Below, one piece after another: positions 17,738-28,086 of a DNA stretch of 64,000 nucleotides. Positions within the stretch are counted from its first letter, which is position 1. Each line of letters opens with the position of its first letter. This DNA is from an uncultured virus (IMG/VR IMGVR_UViG_3300044513_001424) (taxonomy: Duplodnaviria > Heunggongvirae > Uroviricota > Caudoviricetes), in IMG/VR virus record IMGVR_UViG_3300044513_001424, one strand, 5' to 3'. Under the pieces are notes generated by a model. It was not told the DNA's origin and ran no database searches. It saw nothing but the letters and a program-made list of their open reading frames with translations. Both the position numbers and the translations under genes were made by a program.

Positions 17738-20176
17738 ATGGCGTTAAATTTAGTATCACCAGGCGTCAAGGTAAGGGAAGTTGATCTTACTATTGGAAGA
17801 ATTGATGATGTCACTGATCAGGTAGGCGCGATTGCTGGTCCTTTTGCGAAGGGTCCAGTTAACGTTCCCATCTTGGTTGAGACAGAACAGGATCTACTCA
17901 CCACCTTCGGAAAGCCTTATAACACGGACGACCAGTATGAGTACTGGATGACAGCTTCGTCCTTCCTTTCTTACGGTGGCGTACTGAGAGTTGTAAGATC
18001 CAGCAATTCTTACCTGGCTAATGCGAACGTACCAGTTGGCGTTGCACTTACAAATCTACAGGTAAATTCCACAGAAGATTACTACAACAATCACACTACT
18101 GATGGTGATTGGTTATACGCAGCAAGAAACCCAGGATCCTGGGCAAACGACCTAAAGGTTTGCGTCGTTGACGGAAGAGCCGACCAAAGACTGGCAATCG
18201 GTACTGAAGGTATCGGTGTTGGATTCGCAATCACCGCTGGATTCTCAACTTCTGTTGCACTAACCAATGGAACCGTTGGAGTCCAAACTGGATATCTAAA
18301 GGGTGTCATCACAGACGTTCATAATGGATCTGTAGATGTCAAAGTTCTTTCCAAGTATGTTGAGGGAGAGAACAAGTGGTATGAAGTTGATTACGAAGAA
18401 GGTTCCAGCACAGGAGCATTCCTAGGATATGATCAAGGACTTCTAGATCACATCGCTGGTCTCGCATATTCTTACAGCACAAATCATGCAAACCTCTATA
18501 GAGTGTTTAATGCCTCTGGTTCTGAAATCAGACTGGAAAGAACCAGATTCCAAGCCGCTGTAGGTGTTGGTTCTACTGTAATCGACTTCAGTAATGACCT
18601 CGATACAACCAAAGTTGCTATCGGTGACCAAGTTAGATCTCTAAACGGAACCTACACAGGTCAGGTTGTTGGATTCACAACTGCTGGTGATCCAAACGAC
18701 ACCACTGCACTGATCATGGATACAACCGCTGGGGTTGCATTCGCTAATACAGACTTCATTGTCATGTCTGGTATTGGTAGTGGATTGTCTCTGAGACAGG
18801 GTAACGCAGTTAATGATTGGTACAACCAACAAACACTTGGTCTAAACAACAGCACAGTTTACTGGAAGTCTATTGCACCAAAACCTGCAACTTCCGAGTA
18901 CGCTAAGGAGAGAAGCTCCAGATTCGATGAAGTACACGTTCTTATTGTTGATGACACTGGTAGAGTAACTGGAACTGCAGGTAACATCGTTGAGAAGTGG
19001 ACTGGACTTTCCAAGGCTTCTGACGCTAAGATCTCCCCATCTACCGCTACATACTACAAGGACTACATTGCTCAGTTCTCCGACAACATCTTTGTTGGTG
19101 CTGCACAAACTGGTATCGGTCTGAAGTATAACATGGGTGGTGCTGGTTATATGATCGACGAGACTGGTACTTGGGGACAAGAAGCACAAGGAGTTACCTT
19201 TAATGGTGCTGGTGCTCAAATCATGAGTCTTGCTAATGGTAATGACTACGGTGGAGTTGGTAAATTTGAGGTAAGTCTCGGTGATGTTATCGAGTCCTAC
19301 ACTGTTCTAGAGAATCCTGCTGAGTACACCATCAACTACTTGATCAATGGTCCTTCTGGTGGTTCTTCCATCTATGAAGCACAGGCTAAGGCAAACAAAC
19401 TGATCCAGATTGCAGGCACCCGTAAGGATTGCATCGCATGTATCTCCCCATACAGATCTGGAGTTGTTGGTCTAACCAACAGTGACAATCAGACTGACAA
19501 TATTGTTAAGTTCTTCGATAGTCTATCTTCGAGTTCTTATGCAGTGTTTGATTCTGGTTACAAGTATATGTTCGACAGATTCAACAATACCTTCAGATAC
19601 ATTCCTCTGAATGGTGATATTGCTGGTCTGATGGCAAGAACATCTACCACCTCCTTCCCATGGTTCTCCCCCGCTGGAGCACAAAGAGGTGTTATCAACA
19701 ATGCGATCAAACTCGCATATAACCCATCGCAGGCACAAAGAGATATCCTCTATCCTAAGAGAATTAACCCAGTTATGTTCTCTGCTGGTGCTGGAATGAT
19801 CCTCTTTGGTGACAAGACTGCTCTCAAGGAAGCATCCGCATTCGACAGAATCAATGTTCGCCGCCTGTTCCTCACAATCGAGGCAACAATCGAGAGAGCT
19901 GCAAGAGCTCAACTGTTTGAGTTCAACGACGTTCTAACCAGAACTAACTTCCTCAACATTGTTGAACCTTATCTTCGTGATGTCAAGGCTAAGAGAGGTA
20001 TCACTGATTTCGTCGTAGTTTGCGACGAGAGCAACAATACACCTGACGTGGTTGATGCCAACCAGTTCAAGGCTGACATCTTCGTGAAACCCGCGAGATC
20101 GATCAATTATATTGGTCTGACCTTCGTTGCCACACGCACTGGTGTAAGCTTCGATGAAGTTATCGGTACTGCCTGA
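17738..20176 (+). CDS. gp18: Tail sheath protein
   Basis: SPGVKVREVDLT, PWFSPAG, GDKT, FDRINVRRLF, FEFND; CTAAATA promoter at 17694. Confidence 0.96.
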   Translation: MALNLVSPGVKVREVDLTIGRIDDVTDQVGAIAGPFAKGPVNVPILVETEQDLLTTFGKPYNTDDQYEYWMTASSFLSYGGVLRVVRSSNSYLANANVPVGVALTNLQVNSTEDYYNNHTTDGDWLYAARNPGSWANDLKVCVVDGRADQRLAIGTEGIGVGFAITAGFSTSVALTNGTVGVQTGYLKGVITDVHNGSVDVKVLSKYVEGENKWYEVDYEEGSSTGAFLGYDQGLLDHIAGLAYSYSTNHANLYRVFNASGSEIRLERTRFQAAVGVGSTVIDFSNDLDTTKVAIGDQVRSLNGTYTGQVVGFTTAGDPNDTTALIMDTTAGVAFANTDFIVMSGIGSGLSLRQGNAVNDWYNQQTLGLNNSTVYWKSIAPKPATSEYAKERSSRFDEVHVLIVDDTGRVTGTAGNIVEKWTGLSKASDAKISPSTATYYKDYIAQFSDNIFVGAAQTGIGLKYNMGGAGYMIDETGTWGQEAQGVTFNGAGAQIMSLANGNDYGGVGKFEVSLGDVIESYTVLENPAEYTINYLINGPSGGSSIYEAQAKANKLIQIAGTRKDCIACISPYRSGVVGLTNSDNQTDNIVKFFDSLSSSSYAVFDSGYKYMFDRFNNTFRYIPLNGDIAGLMARTSTTSFPWFSPAGAQRGVINNAIKLAYNPSQAQRDILYPKRINPVMFSAGAGMILFGDKTALKEASAFDRINVRRLFLTIEATIERAARAQLFEFNDVLTRTNFLNIVEPYLRDVKAKRGITDFVVVCDESNNTPDVVDANQFKADIFVKPARSINYIGLTFVATRTGVSFDEVIGTA

Positions 20177-20219
20177 TCTTGATCTATTCAATAAATAATT
20201 CACGAAGAGGAAAACACTA

Positions 20220-20912
20220 ATGGCATCAACCAACAACAACGCCCCAAAAATTAAAGACAGGACTATTGAGGATTTTAAAGGGAGACTCATTGGTGGGGCC
20301 GCAAGGCCTAACCTGTTTGAAGTTGAACTTGCTTTTCCATCTTATGTAAGAGCAAATACGGAAACTCTCCGCAACTCCAGATTCTTGGTAAAGGCTGCAA
20401 ACCTACCTGCATCCAACATTAACGTTATTGACGTTCCCTTCAGAGGAAGAAATCTAAAGATTGCTGGTGACAGAACATTCGATGTCTGGACCATCACAGT
20501 AATCAACGATACCTCTTTCGATATCAGAAACGCTTTCGAAGAGTGGATGAACGGCATCAACAAGCATGACAATGCTACTGGTGTTATCAACCCCGCTCAG
20601 TATCAGAAGGATGCGCTAGTTTATCAGTTGGGTAGAAACACTCAACAGAGCACTTCTGGATTCCCAAGCAACATCAAGTCGGGTCTTCCTTCTGGTGGTG
20701 CTACTTATCCAGTACTCAAGAAGTACGTCTTCCACGGCGTCTTCCCAACGAACGTAAGTGCTATCGAACTTTCGTATGATTCTTCCGATACTATCGAAGA
20801 ATTCACCGTTGATCTACAAGTTCAGTGGTGGGATGCATACGATGCAAACAATGATAATCTCTTCAGTACTGAAGAGCAACCAATTGATACCCCAGATTCG
20901 CAGGGATCTTGA
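20220..20912 (+). CDS. gp19: Tail tube protein
   Basis: ARPNLFEV, FRGRNLKIAGDRTF, IEEFTV; AATAAATA at 20190. Confidence 0.93.
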   Translation: MASTNNNAPKIKDRTIEDFKGRLIGGAARPNLFEVELAFPSYVRANTETLRNSRFLVKAANLPASNINVIDVPFRGRNLKIAGDRTFDVWTITVINDTSFDIRNAFEEWMNGINKHDNATGVINPAQYQKDALVYQLGRNTQQSTSGFPSNIKSGLPSGGATYPVLKKYVFHGVFPTNVSAIELSYDSSDTIEEFTVDLQVQWWDAYDANNDNLFSTEEQPIDTPDSQGS

Positions 20913-20953
20913 TAGATAAATAACTGGGTAAAGCCCCCCAGTTCTTTTGATAG

Positions 20954-22624
20954 ATGGCTAAATTATTTGGTTTTAAGATTAAGGAAGACGACTCCCAGTC
21001 AAAGGGGGTCGTCTCTCCTGTACCTAGGTCCGACGAGGATTCGTCGGATTATTATGTATCTAGTGGTTTTTATGGGCAATATGTAGACATTGATGGTGTC
21101 TATAAATCTGAAGCTGATTTAATCAAAAGATATCGCGAAATGGCATTACATCCTGAGGTGGATGGAGCCATTGAAGATATTATAAATGAAGCAATCGTTT
21201 CTGATCAGAATGATTCACCAGTACAGATTGATCTGTCGAATCTTCCTGCTTCGGAAAAACTCAAGTCACTTATCAGAGAAGAGTTCAAACATGTAAAAGA
21301 ACTCTTGGATTTTGACAAGAAGTGCCATGAGATTCTAAGGAACTGGTATATTGATGGCCGCGTTTTCTATCACAAGGTTATCGACATTCAAAAACCTGAG
21401 GATGGTATTAAAGAAGTAAGATATATTGATCCTCTTAAAATTAAGTATGTAAGAAAAATCAAAGAAGATAAGAACTTACAATCTACAATTAATAGAATAC
21501 AAAGAGGATCGGAACCACAGAATATTCTTAATCCAGAAATTGAAGAGTATTTTCTCTACGATCCTGGTGCTACTCAAAACAAAAATAATCTAGGAGCGAT
21601 TGGGCAACCTCCTGGTAATGGAATGCAAAAAGTAAAGATTGCACCCGATGCAATTACTTTCTGTCATTCTGGTCTTGTGGATAGAAATAAGCAAACTATT
21701 CTATCATACTTACACAAGACCATTAAGGCACTCAATCAGCTTCGTATGATTGAAGATAGTCTAGTCATCTATAGATTATCGCGTGCTCCTGAAAGAAGAA
21801 TTTTCTATATTGATGTTGGTAATCTACCAAAGATCAAAGCGGAACAATATCTTCGTGATGTTATGAACCGTTATCGTAACAAACTGGTTTATAACGCATC
21901 GACTGGTGAGATCAAAGATGACCGTAAGCATATGTCTATGCTTGAGGACTTCTGGCTCCCTCGTCGTGAAGGTGGTCGTGGTACTGAAATCACAACTCTT
22001 CCTGGTGGACAGAACTTAGGTGAACTGTCTGACATTGAGTATTTCCAGAAGAAACTGTACAGATCACTTGGTGTTCCTGAGTCTCGTATTGCTGGATCTG
22101 GAGAAGGTTTCAATCTTGGTCGTTCTTCCGAAATTCTTAGAGACGAAATTAAGTTTACTAAGTTTGTTGGTCGTTTGAGAAAGAGGTTCTCTAATGTCTT
22201 CAGCGATATGTTGAAGACTCAGTTGATCCTTAAGAATATTGTCACTCCAGAAGATTGGGATATTCTTTCCGATCATATTCAATATGATTTCATCTATGAC
22301 AATCATTTCTCCGAACTGAAAGAAGCAGAACTCCTTAACGAAAGACTGGGAGTTGCTGCTGCTGTTGACCCATATCTCGGTAAGTATTTCTCTCTCGAAT
22401 ATGTCAGAAGAAATATTTTGAAACAGAAAGACGAGGAGATTATTGAGATCGATAAACAGATGGAGAAAGAGATCAAAGACGGTAAGTTAATTGATCCTAT
22501 GGAGATGGCAAATCTAGAAATGGCTAATGCATCTGGTATGGATTTGGGTGCTCCAGTGAATGAACCAGGTGTCGATGGGTCTGCAACAGAAGCTCCAGAA
22601 ATGCCCAAAGGTGGTGAAATATAA
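20954..22624 (+). CDS. gp20: Portal protein
   Basis: YRLSRAPERRIFYIDVGNLPK, EDFWLPRREGGRGTEITTLPGG. Confidence 0.97.
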   Translation: MAKLFGFKIKEDDSQSKGVVSPVPRSDEDSSDYYVSSGFYGQYVDIDGVYKSEADLIKRYREMALHPEVDGAIEDIINEAIVSDQNDSPVQIDLSNLPASEKLKSLIREEFKHVKELLDFDKKCHEILRNWYIDGRVFYHKVIDIQKPEDGIKEVRYIDPLKIKYVRKIKEDKNLQSTINRIQRGSEPQNILNPEIEEYFLYDPGATQNKNNLGAIGQPPGNGMQKVKIAPDAITFCHSGLVDRNKQTILSYLHKTIKALNQLRMIEDSLVIYRLSRAPERRIFYIDVGNLPKIKAEQYLRDVMNRYRNKLVYNASTGEIKDDRKHMSMLEDFWLPRREGGRGTEITTLPGGQNLGELSDIEYFQKKLYRSLGVPESRIAGSGEGFNLGRSSEILRDEIKFTKFVGRLRKRFSNVFSDMLKTQLILKNIVTPEDWDILSDHIQYDFIYDNHFSELKEAELLNERLGVAAAVDPYLGKYFSLEYVRRNILKQKDEEIIEIDKQMEKEIKDGKLIDPMEMANLEMANASGMDLGAPVNEPGVDGSATEAPEMPKGGEI

Positions 22625-22652
22625 ATACTTTTAACCATACTATTGAACTGTC

Positions 22653-22931
22653 ATGGATGATTTAATTGATCTGATCGCAAAGAACGAGTCTCCATCGGAT
22701 ATTCATTCAAAAATCAAGGATCTTTTGTTTGCAAAAGCAGCAGACAATATTGAGACTGTTAAACCAGCCGTAACGGCTTCTATGTTTGGTGGTCCAAATC
22801 CTTGGTTAGAAGATGAAGAAACTGAAACCGAAGCAGAAGCCGAAGTAGAAGTTGGAGATGACGTTGAATCTGAAGATGGTCCTAGTGCAGAACTAGAAAC
22901 TTCTGAAGATGATGATGAAGAAGAAAACTAA
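22653..22931 (+). CDS. Acidic prohead core protein (gp67-like position)
   Basis: Lies between portal and protease; acidic tail; TATAAATA at 22620-22627. Confidence 0.6.
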   Translation: MDDLIDLIAKNESPSDIHSKIKDLLFAKAADNIETVKPAVTASMFGGPNPWLEDEETETEAEAEVEVGDDVESEDGPSAELETSEDDDEEEN

Positions 22932-22943
22932 TCTTTACTTAAA

Positions 22944-23675
22944 ATGAAACTCATTACGGAAGAAATCGAATCAGCAAAGATTCTTATCGAAGAAAAAGAC
23001 GGTAAGAAATCTATGTTTATCGAAGGTATCTTTCTACAGGGAAACCTGAAGAATAGAAACAATAGAATGTATCCAGTTGATATTCTTGAAAAAGAAGTCA
23101 ATAGATATACAGAGTCTTTTGTTTCTAAGGGTAGGGCCCTTGGTGAACTAGGCCATCCAGATGGACCAACAGTAAACCTCGATAGAGTTTCACATAAGAT
23201 TCTTGACCTCCACAGAGAGGGAACTAATTTTGTAGGTAAAGCAAAGCTACTTGATACTCCAATGGGTATCATTGCTAAGTCTCTTCTGGACGAAGGTGTA
23301 ACTCTAGGTGTTTCCTCTAGAGGTATGGGTAGTCTTCGCGAAACAAGCGAAGGTTACAAAGTAGTAGGAGAGGATTTCATGCTCGCAACTGCAGCAGATA
23401 TTGTTGCAGATCCTTCCGCCCCCGATGCTTTCGTTAATGGCATCATGGAGGGTGTTGAATGGGTATGGGATGCCGGCATCCTAAAAGCCACAAAATCTAT
23501 TATCAATCCAGTTACTGAAGAGGTTATTGCACTTGCAGAACCAGAATCGGAAGTGGAAGAGAAAGTGGAACAAGTCCTTGAGGAAACAAAGGCAACTATA
23601 AATAAATTTGTTGATCAAAAGATTCTCGACGAGAAGAAGCTGGAAATCTTCCAGAACTTCCTATCAAATCTTTGA
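22944..23675 (+). CDS. gp21: Prohead protease
   Basis: GELGHP, GVSSRGMGS, DIVADPSAPDA. Confidence 0.96.
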   Translation: MKLITEEIESAKILIEEKDGKKSMFIEGIFLQGNLKNRNNRMYPVDILEKEVNRYTESFVSKGRALGELGHPDGPTVNLDRVSHKILDLHREGTNFVGKAKLLDTPMGIIAKSLLDEGVTLGVSSRGMGSLRETSEGYKVVGEDFMLATAADIVADPSAPDAFVNGIMEGVEWVWDAGILKATKSIINPVTEEVIALAEPESEVEEKVEQVLEETKATINKFVDQKILDEKKLEIFQNFLSNL

Positions 23676-23731
23676 TTTAATAAATAAATACAGATTAACG
23701 ATATCTACAACGATTAGACGGAGAGTTTCAA

Positions 23732-24829
23732 ATGTCTCGTGGAGATTTACAAGAAATGGAAGTAGGCACAAAGCAATCCAAAAGCGCTGTAAATTCTGGT
23801 GCTAAGGGTGGAGATCCTATGCCCAAGATGGCAGATCCTGGTACTCAACTGGGTGCAGTAGAAGATCTGGGTGGTCCTACCCCTCAGAACTCTAAGCCTG
23901 ATGACGACAGCAACAAACTTGCTACTCCTACAAAAACCATTAAACAGGTCAAGGATGTAGTAACAAAGGGTGCAGGTAAAGCTGACTCAATGCCAACAGC
24001 GAATAAGGGTGCAATGTCCTACGAAGAAACTGAATCTGCAGAGACTGAAGAAGTCATTGCAGAACAGGAAGTCGAAGAAACTTCTTCTATCGTTGACGTT
24101 AACTCCGCTATTGAAGAGGATGTAAATGCTCTTCTCGCTGGAGAAGATCTTTCTGAGGAGTTCAAAGAAAAGGCTAAGGTCATCTTTGAAGCTGCAATGA
24201 ACGCAAAGATCACAGATATCGAAACTCAAATCCAGGAAGCATACGAGACTAAACTCACTGAGGAAGTCGAAGGTATCAAAGTCGAACTCACTGAGAGACT
24301 CGATTCTTATCTGGAGTATGTCGCAGAAGAGTGGTTAGAGGAAAATGCACTTCAAATTGAGAAGGGCATTAAGTCCGAAATGACCGAATCCTTCTTGGAC
24401 GGCATGAAGAAGCTTTTTGAAGATCATTATGTTTCCATCCCTGAAGATAGATATGATGTACTTGAGTCTATGGTAGACAAACTAGATGAAATGGAGAATA
24501 AACTCAACGAGCAAATTGAGAGAAATATTGCTCTAAATCAGCGTCTGTCCGAGACAACCGCTGAGACTATCATGAACAATGTTGCAGAAGGACTTGCAGT
24601 TTCTCAGAAAGAAAAACTTGCAACCCTCGCAGAAGGTGTTGAGTTTGAAAGTGAAGAAGGCTATCGCGAAAAACTAACTACCCTTAAGGAGTCGTACTTC
24701 GGTTCTTCTAAGGCAGCTAGTTCTTCCGAACAGACACAAGAGCTAAGAGAAGAAGCAGGACACGTAGAAGAACCAACTGGTTCTATGGCTGCGTACCTTA
24801 GAGCTCTTTCCTCTGTTAAAAAGCAGTGA
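23732..24829 (+). CDS. gp22: Prohead scaffold/core protein
   Basis: Acidic coiled coil, LDSYLEYVAEEW; located between gp21 and gp23. Confidence 0.9.
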   Translation: MSRGDLQEMEVGTKQSKSAVNSGAKGGDPMPKMADPGTQLGAVEDLGGPTPQNSKPDDDSNKLATPTKTIKQVKDVVTKGAGKADSMPTANKGAMSYEETESAETEEVIAEQEVEETSSIVDVNSAIEEDVNALLAGEDLSEEFKEKAKVIFEAAMNAKITDIETQIQEAYETKLTEEVEGIKVELTERLDSYLEYVAEEWLEENALQIEKGIKSEMTESFLDGMKKLFEDHYVSIPEDRYDVLESMVDKLDEMENKLNEQIERNIALNQRLSETTAETIMNNVAEGLAVSQKEKLATLAEGVEFESEEGYREKLTTLKESYFGSSKAASSSEQTQELREEAGHVEEPTGSMAAYLRALSSVKKQ

Positions 24830-24860
24830 TTTAAAAATTCAACCCTCACGGTAACTAACA

Positions 24861-26258
24861 ATGCAACAAAACATCAATTACAATCAGCTCGCTGAAAAGT
24901 GGGCTCCTCTTCTAGACTATGATGGTCTAGATCCTATCAAAGATAGTCACAGACGTAACGTCACCGCTGTTCTCCTTGAGAACCAAGAGCAAATGCTCCG
25001 CGAGAGCGCTGAGTTCCTCGGTGAAGCATCCCCAACCAACTCTGCTGGTACTGGTGGTTTCTCTGGCGGTTCTGCTGCAGCAGGTCCTGTTGCTGGTTTC
25101 GACCCCGTTCTGATCTCCCTGATCAGACGTGCAATGCCTAACCTGGTTGCTTATGACCTCGCTGGCGTTCAGCCAATGTCTGGTCCTACTGGACTCATCT
25201 TCGCGATGCGCTCCCGTTACACCAACCAGTCTGGCACCGAAGCTCTATTCGACGAGCCCAACACCGCATTCTCCTCACAGAACGACGGTGGTACACTATC
25301 AGGTGGATTCTCTGACGTTGCTGCTGGTTTCGGTACTGGTGCTCAGGCAGGTTCTAACCCATCCGTTCTGAACCCTGTTGGTTCCGCTACAACTTCTGCT
25401 TACAACACTGGTCAGGGTATGACCACTGGTGAGTCTGAGGCACTCGGAGATGGTTCTAGTAACCACTTCAACGAGATGGCATTCTCGATCGAGAAAGTCA
25501 CCGTAACCGCGAAGTCCAGAGCTCTGAAAGCTGAGTACTCCCTAGAACTCGCTCAAGACCTCAAGGCAATCCACGGTCTGAATGCTGAGGCTGAGTTGGC
25601 AAACATTCTCTCCACAGAGATTCTTGCTGAAATCAACCGCGAAGTCATCAGAACCATCTACAAGATTGCTGAGCAGGGTGCTACCGTTAACACCGCAACT
25701 GCTGGTACTTTCGACCTCGACGTTGACTCCAACGGTCGTTGGTCTGTTGAGAAGTTCAAGGGTCTTCTGTTCCAGATCGAAAGAGATGCGAACCAAATCG
25801 CCCAGAGAACTCGTAGAGGGAAGGGCAACGTTGTTCTCTGCTCCGCAGACGTTGCTTCCGCACTCACGATGGCAGGTATCCTCGATTACACCCCTGCACT
25901 CAACGCAAACCTCAACGTTGATGACACTGGCAACACCTTTGCTGGTACTCTCGCTGGTAAGTACAGAGTTTACATCGATCCATTCGCTGCAAACAACGAC
26001 GCTAACCAGTACTACGTTGTCGGTTATAAGGGAACCAATCCTTATGACGCTGGTCTGTTCTACTGCCCATACGTTCCTCTTCAGATGGTTCGTGCCGTTG
26101 GTCAGGACACCTTCCAGCCCAAGATTGGCTTCAAGACCCGTTACGGAATCGTTGCTAACCCATTCGCTGAGGGTAACGTTTCTAACCAGGGTCTCGGAAG
26201 ACTCCTCGCTAACGCAAACCGTTACTACAGAAGAGTCAAGGTCACCAATTTGATGTGA
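24861..26258 (+). CDS. gp23: Major capsid protein
   Basis: GVQPMSGPTGLIFAMR, SRALKAEYS, EINRE, FYCPYVPL, FKTRYG. Confidence 0.98.
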   Translation: MQQNINYNQLAEKWAPLLDYDGLDPIKDSHRRNVTAVLLENQEQMLRESAEFLGEASPTNSAGTGGFSGGSAAAGPVAGFDPVLISLIRRAMPNLVAYDLAGVQPMSGPTGLIFAMRSRYTNQSGTEALFDEPNTAFSSQNDGGTLSGGFSDVAAGFGTGAQAGSNPSVLNPVGSATTSAYNTGQGMTTGESEALGDGSSNHFNEMAFSIEKVTVTAKSRALKAEYSLELAQDLKAIHGLNAEAELANILSTEILAEINREVIRTIYKIAEQGATVNTATAGTFDLDVDSNGRWSVEKFKGLLFQIERDANQIAQRTRRGKGNVVLCSADVASALTMAGILDYTPALNANLNVDDTGNTFAGTLAGKYRVYIDPFAANNDANQYYVVGYKGTNPYDAGLFYCPYVPLQMVRAVGQDTFQPKIGFKTRYGIVANPFAEGNVSNQGLGRLLANANRYYRRVKVTNLM

Positions 26259-26278
26259 TTCATTCACACAACTCAATC

Positions 26279-26305
26279 AAGAGGGTCTTCGGGCCCTCTT
26301 TTTTT
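26279..26305 (+). terminator. Intrinsic terminator after gp23
   Basis: aagagggtc-ttcg-ggccctctt (cUUCGg loop) plus T-run. Confidence 0.9.
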
Positions 26306-26342
26306 ATGGCTTTTCATAAATAGAGTGCTTTGATATACGATT

Positions 26343-27083
26343 ATGGGTAGATTGAGTAATAAAATATCTGAATCTAGTCAACCAGATTTTAGTAGTAATG
26401 AACCAGTTAGTTATGTAGAGGAACCTGTTCCAACTGAAGTTGAAGAGACAGTGGAAGAAATCCAAGAGGTTGACGATACTTCTGTTGAGGAAACAGTAAT
26501 GGAAAAACCAAATAGGAAAAAATTACCAATAAGATCTTCTTTGTTGGTATTAGGTGCCGTAATTGGAATAGGACATATTGGTGTTCTTGGTCATCTATTA
26601 AATTCAACTAGGCCACAATATCCAGTCATAAATTTCCCACAAGGTGATTATTCATCTTATAAAATGGAAGCAACTAAAGACGGATACAGAATAGAATACA
26701 AAGCGAACGATCCTGCTATCCTAAACTCCGAAAGGTCTCTTCAGGTAGATCAAGAGAAGAGAGGGTTATTTGGTGGTACAACTCGCAGAAGAGAATACCG
26801 TGTAGACCAATTCACTATGGATGGTTCTAGAAACTTAGGGGGCGGGGCAGTTGACCCCGAGGGAAAGTTAGGTGCGAAAAGCGAAGAGTGCATTCGGGCG
26901 GACGCTGGCGCACGAAGTCAAGGTGCGATGGCGGGAACAGCAATTAGTGCAGGTTTAATTGTCCCCGCAGTTTCCAATATCCCCTATGTTGGATGGTTAG
27001 CTTCTGGATGGGCTTTACTATTTGGTCAGAAAATAGGATCTGAAATTGGATCTGAAGTCGGAACAGTATTTAATGATTGTTGA
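26343..27083 (+). CDS. Hypothetical membrane-associated protein
   Basis: Acidic N-terminus, hydrophobic segment LLVLGAVIGIGHIGVLG, Gly-rich hydrophobic C-terminus; CATAAATA at 26315. Confidence 0.65.
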   Translation: MGRLSNKISESSQPDFSSNEPVSYVEEPVPTEVEETVEEIQEVDDTSVEETVMEKPNRKKLPIRSSLLVLGAVIGIGHIGVLGHLLNSTRPQYPVINFPQGDYSSYKMEATKDGYRIEYKANDPAILNSERSLQVDQEKRGLFGGTTRRREYRVDQFTMDGSRNLGGGAVDPEGKLGAKSEECIRADAGARSQGAMAGTAISAGLIVPAVSNIPYVGWLASGWALLFGQKIGSEIGSEVGTVFNDC

Positions 27084-27119
27084 TATAAAGCTAAATACTA
27101 ATGGAGATTCTGAACAATC

Positions 27120-27668
27120 ATGGCAGTTAGAAAACAACCCAAGTCTTCTGTTTGGGAAAAACAAATACAGAATAGGAACTTTCTTTCCCCTGTCGGATTT
27201 AAGTTCAATCTCCAAAAAGCTCCAAAGGTAGACTTCTTCTCAAACTCAACTGGAATTCCTGGTATTGATCTAGGTGTTGCGATTCAATCAACATACCTGA
27301 AAAACATTCCTGTACCTGGTGACAAACTAGAGTACAGAGATTTCAGCATTCAGTTCATGATTGACGAGAACCTAGAAAATTATCTAGAGATCCATGACTG
27401 GATGAGAGGACTGGGATATCCAGAGAGTGTTCAAGAACATTTGGACTTGACTGAAAATGGATTACTGAATCAGTTCTCTGATGGAACACTGATCATTTAC
27501 AACAGTAATTTTAGGGAAGTTGCTAAAGTTACTTTTCAGGACATGTTCCCAGTATCACTGACTCCAGTTGAGTTTGACGCTAAAGAAACTGATATAAATT
27601 ATATTATGGCAGAAGCCACTTTTAAATATACTATTTTCAACGTGGAGAGTTTGGTGTATGAATCTTGA
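27120..27668 (+). CDS. gp3: Tail tube terminator / tail completion protein gp3
   Basis: NRNFLSPVGFKF, PGDKLEY, DENLENYLEIHDW. Confidence 0.85.
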   Translation: MAVRKQPKSSVWEKQIQNRNFLSPVGFKFNLQKAPKVDFFSNSTGIPGIDLGVAIQSTYLKNIPVPGDKLEYRDFSIQFMIDENLENYLEIHDWMRGLGYPESVQEHLDLTENGLLNQFSDGTLIIYNSNFREVAKVTFQDMFPVSLTPVEFDAKETDINYIMAEATFKYTIFNVESLVYES

Positions 27669-28086
27669 GATGATTCAAGAACTTTGGGAAAAAGACTCAA
27701 AGATTGATAATGATGAACTGCATACCGAATCAACTAAAATCCCTTCGCTTCATGCAAAGTATTACAAGATTTTCAACAATGTTTTGTTGTTGAAGAAGGG
27801 ACAAGAAAACAAGTACAAAGTTTTAAAAAAAGAAAAGTGGGAATACTACACAGGAAAAGCACACCCTGATGTATATGTAAACAACCCATTTGATTACAAG
27901 GTTTTAAAGTCCGATCTAGACAAATATCTTGATGCAGATGATGAACTCATCAGATGTGTTACCAAGATTGAATACTACGAAATGATGCTTTCGTATCTGG
28001 AAAGTATTATCAAGGTAATTCTCAATAGAACTTACCAAGTGAAAAATGCTATCGAGTGGCAGAGGTTTATTAGAGGTTATGACTGA
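27658..28086 (+). CDS. uvsY: Recombination mediator UvsY
   Basis: IPSLHAKY, YYTGKA, KNAIEWQRF. Confidence 0.88.
   Translation: MNLEMIQELWEKDSKIDNDELHTESTKIPSLHAKYYKIFNNVLLLKKGQENKYKVLKKEKWEYYTGKAHPDVYVNNPFDYKVLKSDLDKYLDADDELIRCVTKIEYYEMMLSYLESIIKVILNRTYQVKNAIEWQRFIRGYD

Noticed and set aside
25542..26276. Long alternative-frame ORFs over gp23 (244 aa minus, 223 aa plus)
   Set aside because: Explained by the strong codon bias of the highly expressed capsid gene; no RBS, promoter or protein-like motifs
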